A DNA stretch of 30,443 bases from NCBI GenBank assembly GCA_016786595.1, contig JAEUWB010000033.1, positions 1 to 30,443 of the forward strand, written 5' to 3'. Below, in pieces: positions 1 to 8,872 of the stretch. Made by a program: the position numbers and the translations under genes. Position 1 is the stretch's first letter; every line of letters starts with the position of its first letter. The stretch is from a bacterium (GTDB lineage: Bacteria; Bdellovibrionota_C; UBA2361; SZUA-149; JAEUWB01). The notes under the pieces are model-generated. The model searched no databases. It was not told the origin of the DNA and was given only the letters and a program-made list of their open reading frames with translations.

Positions 1-1
1 G

Positions 2-1198
2 GGGTTCCGTCCCGGCAAAGCACCTAAGGAACTTGTGCAAAAGCTCTACAATGGCACAATCCATGAAGACGTGATGAATCATCTCGTGACCGAAGCCTAT
101 CGCACGGCAATTAAAGACCATGATTTACGTGTCGTCGGAGAACCTCGTTTTGAGTTTGGCGATGTCGATGCCGCAAAAGATCTCTCCTTTTCGGCTGAGG
201 TGGAAGTTGCCCCAGAACCAAAAATCAATGATTACTTTGGCATTAAATTTGACGCGGAATTACTACCCGAAGAAATCACTGACAGCGACCTCGATCAGGC
301 CCTGGAGCAAGTGCGCCAAAGTTTTGCAGCTTTTGAGCAAGCCCCGGCTGACACTGTCGCTGAACTTGGTCATATCGCTACCGTAACTTATCAAGGCGAA
401 TTAAATGACGGTACTCCAGAAGATGGCAGACATGTAACTGAAATTGGCAAAAATATTCTTCACGCTGACGTTGAAAAAGCACTGATCGGAATGAAAGCTG
501 GCGAACAAAAACAAGTTACAGCAACTTTCCCTGAAGACGATCAAGTTGCCAGTCGTGCCGGAAAAACAATTAACTGCACTGTGACCTTGGAGCGCTTGGA
601 CCTTAAAAAATTATCTCCAATTGACGATGAACTCGCGAAGCGCGCACGCCTGGGCGAAACAGTTAGCGAGATGAAAGAGCAGCTCGAGCAGCGTCAAACT
701 CAGCACGTTAAATCAACCAACGACCGCACACTACGCGAGAAGCTTTTTGATGCAATCGTGGCAAAAAACCCCTTCGTTGTTCCGGAAGCAATGGTCCTTG
801 AGGAGATCCGTGAAATGCTTTTTGAGATGGGAGCACTTGATCGGCGTAAACGCGAATCTTACTCAATGGATCTTTCTAGTGTGAAGGACTCCTTCCTTGC
901 TCCAGCTACAGCTCGAGTTCAACGTTTTATAGCCCTTGAGCAAATTATTAAGCAGGAAAATTATAGTGTTGATGCTGAAGCGGTTGAAACATGGGTCGCG
1001 AATGAAGCAGTAGAACACAACATGACAGTTGAGGCCGTAAAGAAGTCTTTAGGATTACCGGAAAGATTACCTGTTGTTAAAAACATGGTTGCTCGCCATA
1101 AGATGGTAGAAATGCTTTTGGAGCAAGCGCAGGTTAATAAAACCTTCGTGAAACCTGAAGCAGAGAAGAGCACAAAGAAAACAAAGTCTAAGAAATAA
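2..1198 (+). CDS. tig: trigger factor (peptidyl-prolyl isomerase), 5'-truncated by window edge
   Basis: The frame is open from nt 2, and the track start at 35 is an internal GTG. The translation GFRPGKAPKELVQKLYNG...DVMNHLVTEAYRTAIKD aligns to trigger factor from about residue 50 onward. clpP-clpX-lon lie downstream, the conserved tig-clpP-clpX-lon order. The C-terminal tail is K-rich. Confidence 0.85.
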   Translation, partial: GFRPGKAPKELVQKLYNGTIHEDVMNHLVTEAYRTAIKDHDLRVVGEPRFEFGDVDAAKDLSFSAEVEVAPEPKINDYFGIKFDAELLPEEITDSDLDQALEQVRQSFAAFEQAPADTVAELGHIATVTYQGELNDGTPEDGRHVTEIGKNILHADVEKALIGMKAGEQKQVTATFPEDDQVASRAGKTINCTVTLERLDLKKLSPIDDELAKRARLGETVSEMKEQLEQRQTQHVKSTNDRTLREKLFDAIVAKNPFVVPEAMVLEEIREMLFEMGALDRRKRESYSMDLSSVKDSFLAPATARVQRFIALEQIIKQENYSVDAEAVETWVANEAVEHNMTVEAVKKSLGLPERLPVVKNMVARHKMVEMLLEQAQVNKTFVKPEAEKSTKKTKSKK

Positions 1199-1218
1199 TT
1201 ATTACTAAGGATTAGCTT

Positions 1219-1830
1219 ATGGGTCTCAGCGCAAACTACTATATTCCATATGTGATCGAGCAGACCGGACGTGGAGAACGGTCCTACGACATTTATTCTC
1301 GCTTACTGAAAGATCGCATTGTTTTCCTCGGCTCTGAAGTCAATGATACAGTTGCAAATCTAATTACTGCGCAGTTTTTATTTCTTGAAAGCGAAGACCC
1401 AGAAAAAGATATTTTCCTGTATATTAACTCGCCAGGCGGATCGGTCACAGCCGGCATGGCAATTTACGATACCATGCAGTATATCCGACCCGATGTTTCA
1501 ACCTTGTGCTTAGGCCAAGCCGCTAGCATGGGCGCATTCCTGCTCGCTGCAGGGGCAAAAGGTAAGCGTTCTGCTTTGCCACACTCGCGCATTATGATTC
1601 ACCAGCCGCTAGGAGGATTCCAGGGACAAGTTTCTGATGTAGAGATTCATGCGCGCGAAATGTCACGCATGAAGCGAGAGTTAAACGAAATTCTCGCCAA
1701 ACACTGCGGAAAAAATGTTGATGTATTATCCAAAGACAGCGACCGCGATTATTTTATGTCAAGCACTGATGCGAAAGAATATGGCTTGATTGATCAAGTT
1801 GTCGTCGAACGTCCCCGTGCTCTAAAATAG
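1219..1830 (+). CDS. clpP: ATP-dependent Clp protease proteolytic subunit ClpP
   Basis: The sequence shows strong ClpP signatures: [77 protein letters not shown] and IMIHQPLGG. An AAGGA ribosome-binding site lies 8 nt upstream. Confidence 0.95.
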   Translation: MGLSANYYIPYVIEQTGRGERSYDIYSRLLKDRIVFLGSEVNDTVANLITAQFLFLESEDPEKDIFLYINSPGGSVTAGMAIYDTMQYIRPDVSTLCLGQAASMGAFLLAAGAKGKRSALPHSRIMIHQPLGGFQGQVSDVEIHAREMSRMKRELNEILAKHCGKNVDVLSKDSDRDYFMSSTDAKEYGLIDQVVVERPRALK

Positions 1831-2053
1831 TGCCCTAGGCTACTGTAAACACTTAGCAAGCTGGTTCTGCCTTAAAGTAAAAAAAACTATAAAGATCTGC
1901 ATCTAAGGCTTGGCCTGAAGCCAGTGATTCAGGTATAATAGACTTTAGCGATGATGCTGATTGCGTAAAGATGTAATCTCCGCGCAATCATTGCGTGGCA
2001 CCGAATCCACATTCCGGTGTCGAGGATAGATAATTGAGTTTAAGGAGCGGACG

Positions 2054-3289
2054 GTGGCAAAGGGTCAGGGTTCTCTAGTTTGTAGTTTTTGCGGCAAAAG
2101 CCAGGAAGAAGTGCGTAAGCTTATCGCAGGACCTGAGGTCTATATTTGTGATGAGTGCATTGACCTTTGTAACGATATTATCATCGAAGAAGTAGATGAT
2201 AATGCCGGCGCTAACCGCGGCCCTGAATTACCAAAGCCCAAAGAAATTAGAGCCTTTCTTGATAACTATGTAATCGGTCAAGATCGCGCCAAAAAGATTT
2301 TAGCTGTTGCTGTTTACAATCACTATAAGCGTCTGAATAACCATCAGGCCAAGGCCGAAGTAGAAATTGCTAAATCAAATATTATGCTAATTGGTCCAAC
2401 CGGATCGGGGAAAACGCTCTTGGCTCAGACTTTAGCACGTTATCTCGATGTGCCTTTTACAATTGCTGACGCAACAAATTTAACTGAGGCCGGCTACGTT
2501 GGTGAAGACGTGGAAAATATTATTCTTAATTTATTGCAAGCCTCTGACTACGATGTCGAACGTGCGCAACGTGGCATTGTTTACATTGACGAAATCGATA
2601 AAATTGCCAAGAAAACCGAAAACCCCTCGATTACCCGCGACGTATCTGGGGAAGGCGTGCAACAAGCGTTGTTGAAAATCCTTGAAGGTACCAAGGCTAG
2701 TATTCCTCCAAAGGGTGGACGTAAGCATCCACAGCAAGAATTTTTACAAGTTGATACTTCGCATATTTTATTTATCTGTGGCGGGGCTTTTGTTGGGCTC
2801 GAAGATGTTATTAAGCGCCGATCGCACGGCAGTGCACTTGGTTTCGCTACTGAGCCAAAGCAGAGTCAAGCTAAGGGAAAGTCACTGCATGATGTGCAGT
2901 CGTATGATCTCTTACGTTACGGCCTTATTCCAGAATTTGTTGGTCGCTTGCCTGTGATTGCAACTCTCGATGAGCTCGATGAGCCTGCACTTGTGCAGAT
3001 TCTAATGGAGCCAAAAAATGCTCTGACTAAGCAGTACCAGAAACTCTTCGACATGGAAGGCGTAAAATTGAAATTCACAGATGAAGCAATTAAGGCGCTA
3101 GCCAAGCAAGCACTCGAGCGCAAGCTCGGAGCTCGAGGGCTGAGGGCAATTCTTGAGGAAACAATGCTCGATATCATGTACGAACTCCCGTCGCAAAAGG
3201 ACATCAAAGAAGTCGTGATCTCTGGGGAAACGATCAAACGCGGAGAGTCGCCGCTGATTGTGTACGAACATCAAGCCGAGTCTGCTTGA
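2054..3289 (+). CDS. clpX: ATP-dependent Clp protease ATP-binding subunit ClpX
   Basis: There is an N-terminal C4 zinc finger (CSFCGK...CDECI), a Walker A motif GPTGSGKT and [10 protein letters not shown], and a ClpX-type C-terminus. The start is GTG, with an AAGGAG RBS upstream. Confidence 0.93.
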   Translation: MAKGQGSLVCSFCGKSQEEVRKLIAGPEVYICDECIDLCNDIIIEEVDDNAGANRGPELPKPKEIRAFLDNYVIGQDRAKKILAVAVYNHYKRLNNHQAKAEVEIAKSNIMLIGPTGSGKTLLAQTLARYLDVPFTIADATNLTEAGYVGEDVENIILNLLQASDYDVERAQRGIVYIDEIDKIAKKTENPSITRDVSGEGVQQALLKILEGTKASIPPKGGRKHPQQEFLQVDTSHILFICGGAFVGLEDVIKRRSHGSALGFATEPKQSQAKGKSLHDVQSYDLLRYGLIPEFVGRLPVIATLDELDEPALVQILMEPKNALTKQYQKLFDMEGVKLKFTDEAIKALAKQALERKLGARGLRAILEETMLDIMYELPSQKDIKEVVISGETIKRGESPLIVYEHQAESA

Positions 3290-3589
3290 TTATAAAGGGC
3301 GATCCTGGCCAATCTCGTCGTCACGGGAAATCGCCCAAAATCCTCGTTTATATCATATAAAGTCCGGTTTTGGACGATTCCCGTTCCTCGATCTTGTCTC
3401 AGCCTCGCCCTTTATAATCAAGCATCCACGACTGATAGAATGTAATTGTAATTGATGTTTAAAATACATGTGATTCATCAATTATCCATCTCTCTACTGG
3501 CGCTTTCTCTAATTGATTATTATTTAAGGACTATTATTTGTTGTCTACGCATCTTAATGCTGTAATCAGAATTCTGCGTTAAGGTGTAA

Positions 3590-6073
3590 ATGAAGAAAAA
3601 AGATATGGCTGAAAATTACAATCCGATTCCCTTATTAGCTCTCCGCGACATCATTATTTTCCCGCAAATGGTAGTCCCACTTTTTGTCGGCCGTGAAAAG
3701 AGTGTGCGCGCACTGGAAGAAGCGGAGCGCTTGAAAAAACCAATCATGCTTGCGGCGCAACGTGACGCTAAAACTCACCATCCAGGAGCAGACGATATCT
3801 ATACTGTCGGCACACTTGGTGAAGTCATGCAAATGATGAAACTTGCTGACGGCACAGTTAAGGTTTTGGTTGAAGGTAAGAAGCGAGCAAAAATTGAACG
3901 CTACCATGAATCCGACCAGTTCTTCCTTGTCGATGTAGCGGAGCTTCCCGAAGTTGTAGATCTGACAGCGGAGCTTAAAGCTTTGATGCGTTCGGTTACG
4001 TCTTCATTTGAGACCTACGTAAAGCTGGGCAAAAAAATTAGCCCAGAGATGATCCACCAGATCCATGCGATCGAAGATCCGTTTCGCCTTGCCGATGCAG
4101 TGATCGTGCATCTCAATATCAAGCTCGAAGAAAAGCAAGACATTCTGGAAACGAACAGTGCTTCAGAGCGTCTGGAAAAAATCTTCGGTCATATGAAGTC
4201 TGAAATTGAGATTCTCCAAGTTGAAAAGCGTATTCGCACACGCGTTAAGAAACAGATGGAAAAGACTCAGAAAGAGTACTATCTAAACGAGCAAATGCGT
4301 GCGATTCAAAAAGAACTCGGGGAGAAGGACGATTTCCGCAACGAAATTCAAGAACTAGAAGATAAGCTCAAGGCTAAGCAAATGCCTGATGATGCCCGCA
4401 TTAAAACCGAGAACGAAATCAAGAAACTCAAGATGATGTCGCCAATGTCAGCCGAAGCTACGGTTGTCAGAAATTATGTCGATTGGATGTTGTCACTGCC
4501 TTGGAATGAATATTCCGAAGAAAAGCTCGACATGGCCGAAGCTGAGACAATTCTTGATGATGATCACTTTGGCTTAATCCGCGTTAAAGAGCGTATTCTT
4601 GAATACCTAGCGGTGCATAAGCTTGTCGGAAAAATCAAAGGACCAATTCTTTGCTTGGTTGGCCCTCCAGGAGTAGGTAAGACCTCGCTCGGTAAATCAA
4701 TTGCTAAGTCTACAGGGCGTGAGTTTGTGCGCGTGGCGCTTGGTGGCGTGCGTGATGAAGCCGAAGTCCGTGGGCACCGTCGCACATATATTGGTGCTTT
4801 GCCGGGTAAAGTTATTCAATCGCTTAAACGCGCTGGGAAAAGTAACCCAGTATTTTTGCTTGATGAAGTCGATAAAATGTCAGCAGACTTCCGCGGAGAT
4901 CCATCTTCTGCGCTACTCGAAGTGCTCGACCCAGAACAAAATGACAAGTTTAACGACCATTATCTCGACATGGATTATGACTTGTCGCGCATTATGTTCA
5001 TTACTACTGCAAACTCACTTTCCACTATTCCACGGCCACTACTTGACCGTATGGAAGTAATCCAAATTCCTGGTTACACTGAACTTGAAAAATTGCAGAT
5101 TTGTAAAAAATATCTTGTGCCGAAGTCACTAGAAAAACATGGCTTGAAGGATATCAACGCGGATATTTCTGACGATGCACTGCTTGGCGTAATTCGCCAC
5201 TATACTCGCGAATCTGGAGTAAGAAGTCTGGAGCGCGCAGTTGATGGTATTTGCCGCAAGATTGCCGTCAGCATCGTTAAGCATGGTCCTGAGGCATGTG
5301 AGAAAGTTACCGGTGAAAATCTAGAGAAATATCTAGGGATTCAGAAATTTAAATACGGCATTCAAGAACCAGAGAATCAAGTTGGCGTTGCTCAAGGCTT
5401 AGCCTGGACGGAAATGGGCGGCGAATTGCTGTTGATCGAAGTCGCTATCGTTCCCGGACGTGGGCGCTTAATGATTACAGGTAAGCTTGGCGAAGTCATG
5501 CAAGAATCAGCTCAGGCCGCATTCATGTATGTGCGCTCGCGCGCTCATTTCCTAGGCCTGCCTAAAGACTTTTACTCCAAAATCGACTTACATATCCACG
5601 TGCCTGAAGGCGCAATTCCGAAAGACGGCCCTTCTGCCGGCGTGACTATGGTTACAGCAATTACTTCAGCCCTTACGGGCGTACCAGTTGACAGAAGTAT
5701 TGCGATGACTGGCGAAATTACGCTGCGCGGGCGAGTGCTCACCATTGGCGGACTTAAAGAAAAAATCCTCGCGGCGCACCGTGGTGGAATTAAGCGCATT
5801 TTAATTCCGAAGGAAAATGAACGCGACATTGAGGAAATCCCAGAGTCAGTACGTGCCGACATCGAAATTATTGGTGTTAGTCATGCCGATGAAGTCATCC
5901 GCGAAGCATTGGTGATCGAAGACAAAACGCGTCTTGATACCTTGCTTACAGCACGCACAGAACGTCACCTCGAATTATACGGTAAGGGCGAGCCTGAGGG
6001 CGAACCTCAAAACTCAACAACCCGTAAAAATGAAGGCGAAGGCCAAGAAGATGGAGCTGTTGTCAGGCATTAG
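3590..6073 (+). CDS. lon: ATP-dependent protease Lon (LonA)
   Basis: There is a Lon N-terminal domain, an AAA+ module with Walker A (GPPGVGKTS) and Walker B (FLLDEVDK), and a C-terminal protease domain with the catalytic-serine context PKDGPSAG. The acidic G/E-rich tail is unusual. An AAGGTG RBS precedes the start. Confidence 0.93.
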   Translation: MKKKDMAENYNPIPLLALRDIIIFPQMVVPLFVGREKSVRALEEAERLKKPIMLAAQRDAKTHHPGADDIYTVGTLGEVMQMMKLADGTVKVLVEGKKRAKIERYHESDQFFLVDVAELPEVVDLTAELKALMRSVTSSFETYVKLGKKISPEMIHQIHAIEDPFRLADAVIVHLNIKLEEKQDILETNSASERLEKIFGHMKSEIEILQVEKRIRTRVKKQMEKTQKEYYLNEQMRAIQKELGEKDDFRNEIQELEDKLKAKQMPDDARIKTENEIKKLKMMSPMSAEATVVRNYVDWMLSLPWNEYSEEKLDMAEAETILDDDHFGLIRVKERILEYLAVHKLVGKIKGPILCLVGPPGVGKTSLGKSIAKSTGREFVRVALGGVRDEAEVRGHRRTYIGALPGKVIQSLKRAGKSNPVFLLDEVDKMSADFRGDPSSALLEVLDPEQNDKFNDHYLDMDYDLSRIMFITTANSLSTIPRPLLDRMEVIQIPGYTELEKLQICKKYLVPKSLEKHGLKDINADISDDALLGVIRHYTRESGVRSLERAVDGICRKIAVSIVKHGPEACEKVTGENLEKYLGIQKFKYGIQEPENQVGVAQGLAWTEMGGELLLIEVAIVPGRGRLMITGKLGEVMQESAQAAFMYVRSRAHFLGLPKDFYSKIDLHIHVPEGAIPKDGPSAGVTMVTAITSALTGVPVDRSIAMTGEITLRGRVLTIGGLKEKILAAHRGGIKRILIPKENERDIEEIPESVRADIEIIGVSHADEVIREALVIEDKTRLDTLLTARTERHLELYGKGEPEGEPQNSTTRKNEGEGQEDGAVVRH

Positions 6074-6084
6074 GGAAACATCTT

Positions 6085-6117
6085 GAGCTGCAATTAGGTT
6101 CTCCTTTTTTGCAGCTC
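6085..6117 (+). terminator. putative lon terminator hairpin (9-bp stem GAGCTGCAA/TTGCAGCTC, 15-nt loop)
   Basis: A perfect inverted repeat lies 12 nt after the lon stop codon. The loop is longer than a canonical terminator loop, and a T-run sits inside the loop rather than after the stem. Confidence 0.3.
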
Positions 6118-6254
6118 AACTAGGGAAGCACTGATTAACTGCAATCTTGGCTAAGATCTTCTACCAAATCAGCTTCGACTGACACCTTGTTACAGTAGAT
6201 TTATGCAAGCCTTGTTTTTGCAATAATGTGCGGCGGCCTAATTAACTAATTAAT

Positions 6255-6435
6255 TATCTGTCATTACGAAGGAGCGAAGCGCCTGCGGCAATCTGTTTGC
6301 GTTTCCTGTCATTGTGAGGAACAACGTGACCTATTCGACTTGCTCAAGGCAGGCTCCGCAATCTGTTCACCGGTAAACAATACTTTCTCGTGCTAAGTGA
6401 ACAGATTGCTTCACTTCGTTCGCAATGACCCGAGA
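6255..6435. repeat. nested inverted/direct repeat cluster (candidate structured RNA or small degenerate element)
   Basis: A perfect 13-bp inverted repeat GCAATCTGTTCAC (6358-6370) / GTGAACAGATTGC (6397-6409) encloses about 26 nt. A third direct copy CGGCAATCTGTTTGCG lies at 6286-6301. The imperfect outer arms are GTCATTACGAAGGAGCGAAG (6259-6278) and CTTCACTTCGTTCGCAATGAC (6410-6430), with a partial direct copy CCTGTCATTGTGAGGAACAAC at 6305-6325. Confidence 0.4.
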
Positions 6436-6554
6436 CGCATGGAAAATACCTATCTCCTACCTATTTAAATCCTAAAAAATCCCTAATAAATTCTAGTAGT
6501 TTACAAAAATTTAACGAAATGATTTAACAACGAGCTTCCGCTAGTTGGTTATTT

Positions 6555-6780
6555 CTTCTCCTACGGAGAAGGTTAACAGCTGGGGAGCATCAGCCTACAG
6601 AATTCCTTGTTTTGCCTGGCGGCAAAACGATGTAAGGCCGATGCAGAAAATTTATGGGCGGTTAGCACTTCTCCTGCTGAGAAGGTTAACAGCTGGGGAG
6701 CATCAGCCTACAGAATTCCTTGTTTTGCCTGGCGGCAAAACGATGTAAGGCCGATGCAGAAAATTTATGGGCGGTTAGCT
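6555..6780 (+). repeat. tandem 113-bp repeat (two copies) of the tRNA-Val leader plus the first 11 nt of the tRNA
   Basis: Copy 1 (6555-6667) and copy 2 (6668-6780) are nearly identical. Each ends in GGGCGGTTAGC, the 5' end of tRNA-Val. Copy 1 is a truncated pseudo-start and copy 2 runs into the intact tRNA. Each unit contains a perfect hairpin GTTTTGCC-TGGC-GGCAAAAC nested inside GCATCAGCC...GGCCGATGC, and a D-arm-like segment AGCTGGGGAGCATCAGCC. Confidence 0.85.
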
Positions 6781-6844
6781 CAGCTGGGAGAGCATCGGCC
6801 TTACAAGCCGAGGGTCGCAGGTTCGAGCCCTGCACCGCCCACCA
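6769..6844 (+). tRNA. tRNA-Val (anticodon TAC), CCA encoded
   Basis: The sequence is GGGCGGTTAGCTCAGCTGGGAGAGCATCGGCCTTACAAGCCGAGGGTCGCAGGTTCGAGCCCTGCACCGCCCACCA. The acceptor GGGCGGT/ACCGCCC pairs perfectly, the anticodon loop is CTTACAA, and the T-loop is TTCGAGC. Confidence 0.92.
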
Positions 6845-6873
6845 CTTACTTTTTCCCCAAAAAGAAAAAGTAA
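6845..6873 (+). terminator. hairpin after tRNA-Val (CTTACTTTTT...AAAAAGTAA)
   Basis: TTACTTTTT pairs with AAAAAGTAA around a C/A-rich loop. It has the same CTTACTTTTT...AAAGAAAAAGTAA architecture as the hairpin after tRNA-Ala at 23861-23894. Confidence 0.45.
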
Positions 6874-6927
6874 AACGAATTTTGATTGCCTGACAAAATT
6901 CGCTATAACCAACAGGCATTTGGCATA

Positions 6928-7125
6928 GGGGGTGCCCACTAGTGGGAGTAAGTAGTTCAGTTGGTTACTGAGTTACTGGCTGAGCTAAAGCTCAGCATGC
7001 CGGCCTGTCCTAGCGACAAAGTCGCTAGCAAACAAGCAAAGCTTGTTTGGTCGGAGGTCGCAGCCGTCAGCACATAGTGCTGACAAAATAACTGGGTGAG
7101 TCCCGTCCGCCTGAAAGCGGGGTCA
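6928..7125 (+). ncRNA. tRNA-Asp paralogue interrupted by five short perfect-hairpin insertions (disrupted tRNA or tRNA-scaffolded structured RNA)
   Basis: It has the same 17-nt leader (CAGGCATTTGGCATAGGG) as the intact tRNA-Asp downstream. tRNA-Asp segments appear in order: GGGGGTG, GTAGTTCAGTTGGTTA, GCCGGCCTGTCC (GTC anticodon kept), TCGGAGGTCGC, TGAGTCCCGTCCGCC, GGGG. Between them are insertions, each a perfect stem-loop: CCCACT/AGTGGG; CTGAGC-TAAA-GCTCAG; TAGCGAC-AAA-GTCGCTA plus CAAACAAGC-AAA-GCTTGTTTG; GTCAGCAC-ATA-GTGCTGAC; CCGC-CTGAAA-GCGG. Confidence 0.6.
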
Positions 7126-7155
7126 TCGGAAAATAATTTCAGGCATTTGGCATAG

Positions 7156-7232
<77 letters not shown>

Positions 7233-7240
7233 ATTTTTTA

Positions 7241-7337
7241 GATGAATTGCGAGCACGGGACTCGAACCCCGTGCAAGCGGAGCGAGCACAAAGGGAACTG
7301 CGAGTCAGTTGCTGCTTTGCAGCAACGCCCGTCCGCC
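7241..7337. repeat. tRNA-derived debris: inverted tRNA T-arm/acceptor fragment plus a direct repeat of the tRNA-Asp 3' end
   Basis: TTGCGAGCACGGGACTCGAACCCCGTGC (7247-7274) is the reverse complement of a tRNA T-arm GCACGGGGTTCGAGTCCCGTGCTCGCAA. GCCCGTCCGCCCCGCCA (7317-7333) repeats the last 17 nt of tRNA-Asp (7216-7232). It is preceded by the hairpin GTTGCTGC-TT-TGCAGCAAC. Confidence 0.7.
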
Positions 7338-7466
7338 CCGCCAATTTTTCTCATTTCTCCTAGAGTAGAAGTATTTTTCCATCACGTTATTAGCTCAAGT
7401 AGTTACCAACGTGTTGGTGCATGAGAACTTAGGTTTTTAGTGTTCACTCGTTTTTAGGAGGAAACA

Positions 7467-8108
7467 ATGGCAAATTACAAATGGCCCGAGGATTACAAGG
7501 GCTTTGTTGAAGCCATTGTTTTAAACCCGAGCCCAAAAATTTTTCACACTATCGTAGGTCATTTCTTTGAAGAGTCTGCAGCTGCCTTGTGGAGGATTAC
7601 GGACTTGCTGTTGCAGGATCCAAATTGCATTTCCGAAGTGGGTGACTTGTCAGAATTCAAGCTGGCTCAAGCTGAGCACACGCGTGTTTGCTATGAGTGG
7701 AAAATGATTGGAGCTAAAAGCGCTCCATACATCTATCTCAGACGTAGCATGAATGCGCTTGTTAATGGCGAGTCGATTGAAAACGGCCCGGTCTTAGAAG
7801 TCATACTTTGTCGTTTAACTTCAGGAGAGCATGCGAACTCCGTCGTTATTCAAGTTGGCTGGACGCTAAGCGATCGCCGCCGCGCCTTGTCTTGGTTGCA
7901 GGCGCATCGATTAGCAATTGCTTTAGGCCTCGTAATTAGTCCAAGCGACTTTGAAAAGGTGCAAGAACTTAGAGCTGGATGGTCCAGGGATGCTCAGATT
8001 GCGGTTGTTCGCGCATGGGAAAGACATCAGCTAGGTAGCGAGGTCTTTTTTGTGGTTTGCGACAATCATGAGCATTTTAATAACTCAGAAGTGGGTATAT
8101 CGAGATAG
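7467..8108 (+). CDS. hypothetical protein (no recognisable motif)
   Basis: A 213-aa ORF with an AGGAGG RBS 7 nt upstream. It lies immediately 3' of the tRNA-Asp duplication. Confidence 0.6.
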   Translation: MANYKWPEDYKGFVEAIVLNPSPKIFHTIVGHFFEESAAALWRITDLLLQDPNCISEVGDLSEFKLAQAEHTRVCYEWKMIGAKSAPYIYLRRSMNALVNGESIENGPVLEVILCRLTSGEHANSVVIQVGWTLSDRRRALSWLQAHRLAIALGLVISPSDFEKVQELRAGWSRDAQIAVVRAWERHQLGSEVFFVVCDNHEHFNNSEVGISR

Positions 8109-8215
8109 GTTTTTTAAGAAAATTGATCTCCTGCACCCACTTATTTGGTAGGTTCGATTTATTTCTAAACAGGAAGGTTTGTCCGCTTCGAAAAACCTTC
8201 ACTGCATTGCTTGCT

Positions 8216-8653
8216 TTACTGACTCATCATGCCCATGATCCGATCGGCAAGTTCTTTCGGATCGTGATGATGGGGGAAGAGGCCCATTGACTGAGTCAAT
8301 TCGTAAACAAGCTGCGCTCCCATTCCAGCCTTCCTTTCTTCTGGTCCTGCAATCAGCACAAGCACATCATTGGCAGCAGCAAGGGGTGCGATTTTTGTTC
8401 TAAACTCCTCGCACGTCGTCCAAGTGTTGGGCTTGACCGTCACCACCGTGAGCTTGCCGTGTTCAACCGCACTTGGATCAAAATCCTCAAATGCGATTGG
8501 CCCGACATTGGGAATGCCTTCTTGCAAGAGTCGCATTCCTTCTTGTAGGAACCGATCCTGTTCAGTTGGCTCACCTTCGGGATGTTCTTGCTCCTTGAGC
8601 GTGTCGAAAGGGGCAAGAATGACGACGAGTGTTTGTGGTTTTGGTTCTGACAT
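8216..8653 (-). CDS. hypothetical protein, small Rossmann-like alpha/beta fold suspected
   Basis: A 145-aa ORF. Hydrophobic beta-strand-like segments (LVVILAPFD, VLVLIAGPEE) suggest a small nucleotide-binding-type fold. No motif is firm enough to name a family. Confidence 0.55.
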   Translation of the reverse strand: MSEPKPQTLVVILAPFDTLKEQEHPEGEPTEQDRFLQEGMRLLQEGIPNVGPIAFEDFDPSAVEHGKLTVVTVKPNTWTTCEEFRTKIAPLAAANDVLVLIAGPEERKAGMGAQLVYELTQSMGLFPHHHDPKELADRIMGMMSQ

Positions 8654-8872
8654 ACGATTTTACGTTTCTCCGATTCACTTTGGCCCGAGGGCCTCGACAA
8701 GATCCATTCTCGAGGCGCCCAGGCTATATAGTTTCAGAGATGTCAGGGATAAAACATTTCGCGGACAAACTTCGCGAGGATGTATACACTATTTACTGTT
8801 GATTAGCAATTTACTGTAAAGCAAAGGTTCGGGAAGTTGTAGGGCTTCCAAGTGAACCTTCAGTGCGCAACG

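Noticed and set aside
1831-2053. Structured clpP-clpX intergenic region (small inverted repeats GATTGCG/CGCAATC, CACCGAA...TCCGGTG)
   Set aside because: The stems are short (4-7 bp) and imperfect. A plausible TATAAT -10 at about 1933 accounts for the spacer as an ordinary promoter/leader. This is not strong enough to call a distinct element.
3258-3455. 65-aa ORF between clpX and lon
   Set aside because: It lies entirely within the 132-bp nested palindrome and overlaps the clpX stop. There is no RBS. The region is more likely structural RNA or DNA.
120-5862. Numerous 60-120-aa ORFs nested inside tig, clpX, lon, the purL-like gene, dnaK and recN on either strand
   Set aside because: All lie within, and out of frame with, strongly supported conserved genes. 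No independent signals are present.
8370-8819. 149-aa plus-strand ORF (and 8440-8700 minus ORF) overlapping the 8216-8653 minus-strand gene
   Set aside because: They are antisense or overlapping shadows of a gene with better coding features. Their composition is Ser/Cys/Arg-rich, typical of a wrong frame.
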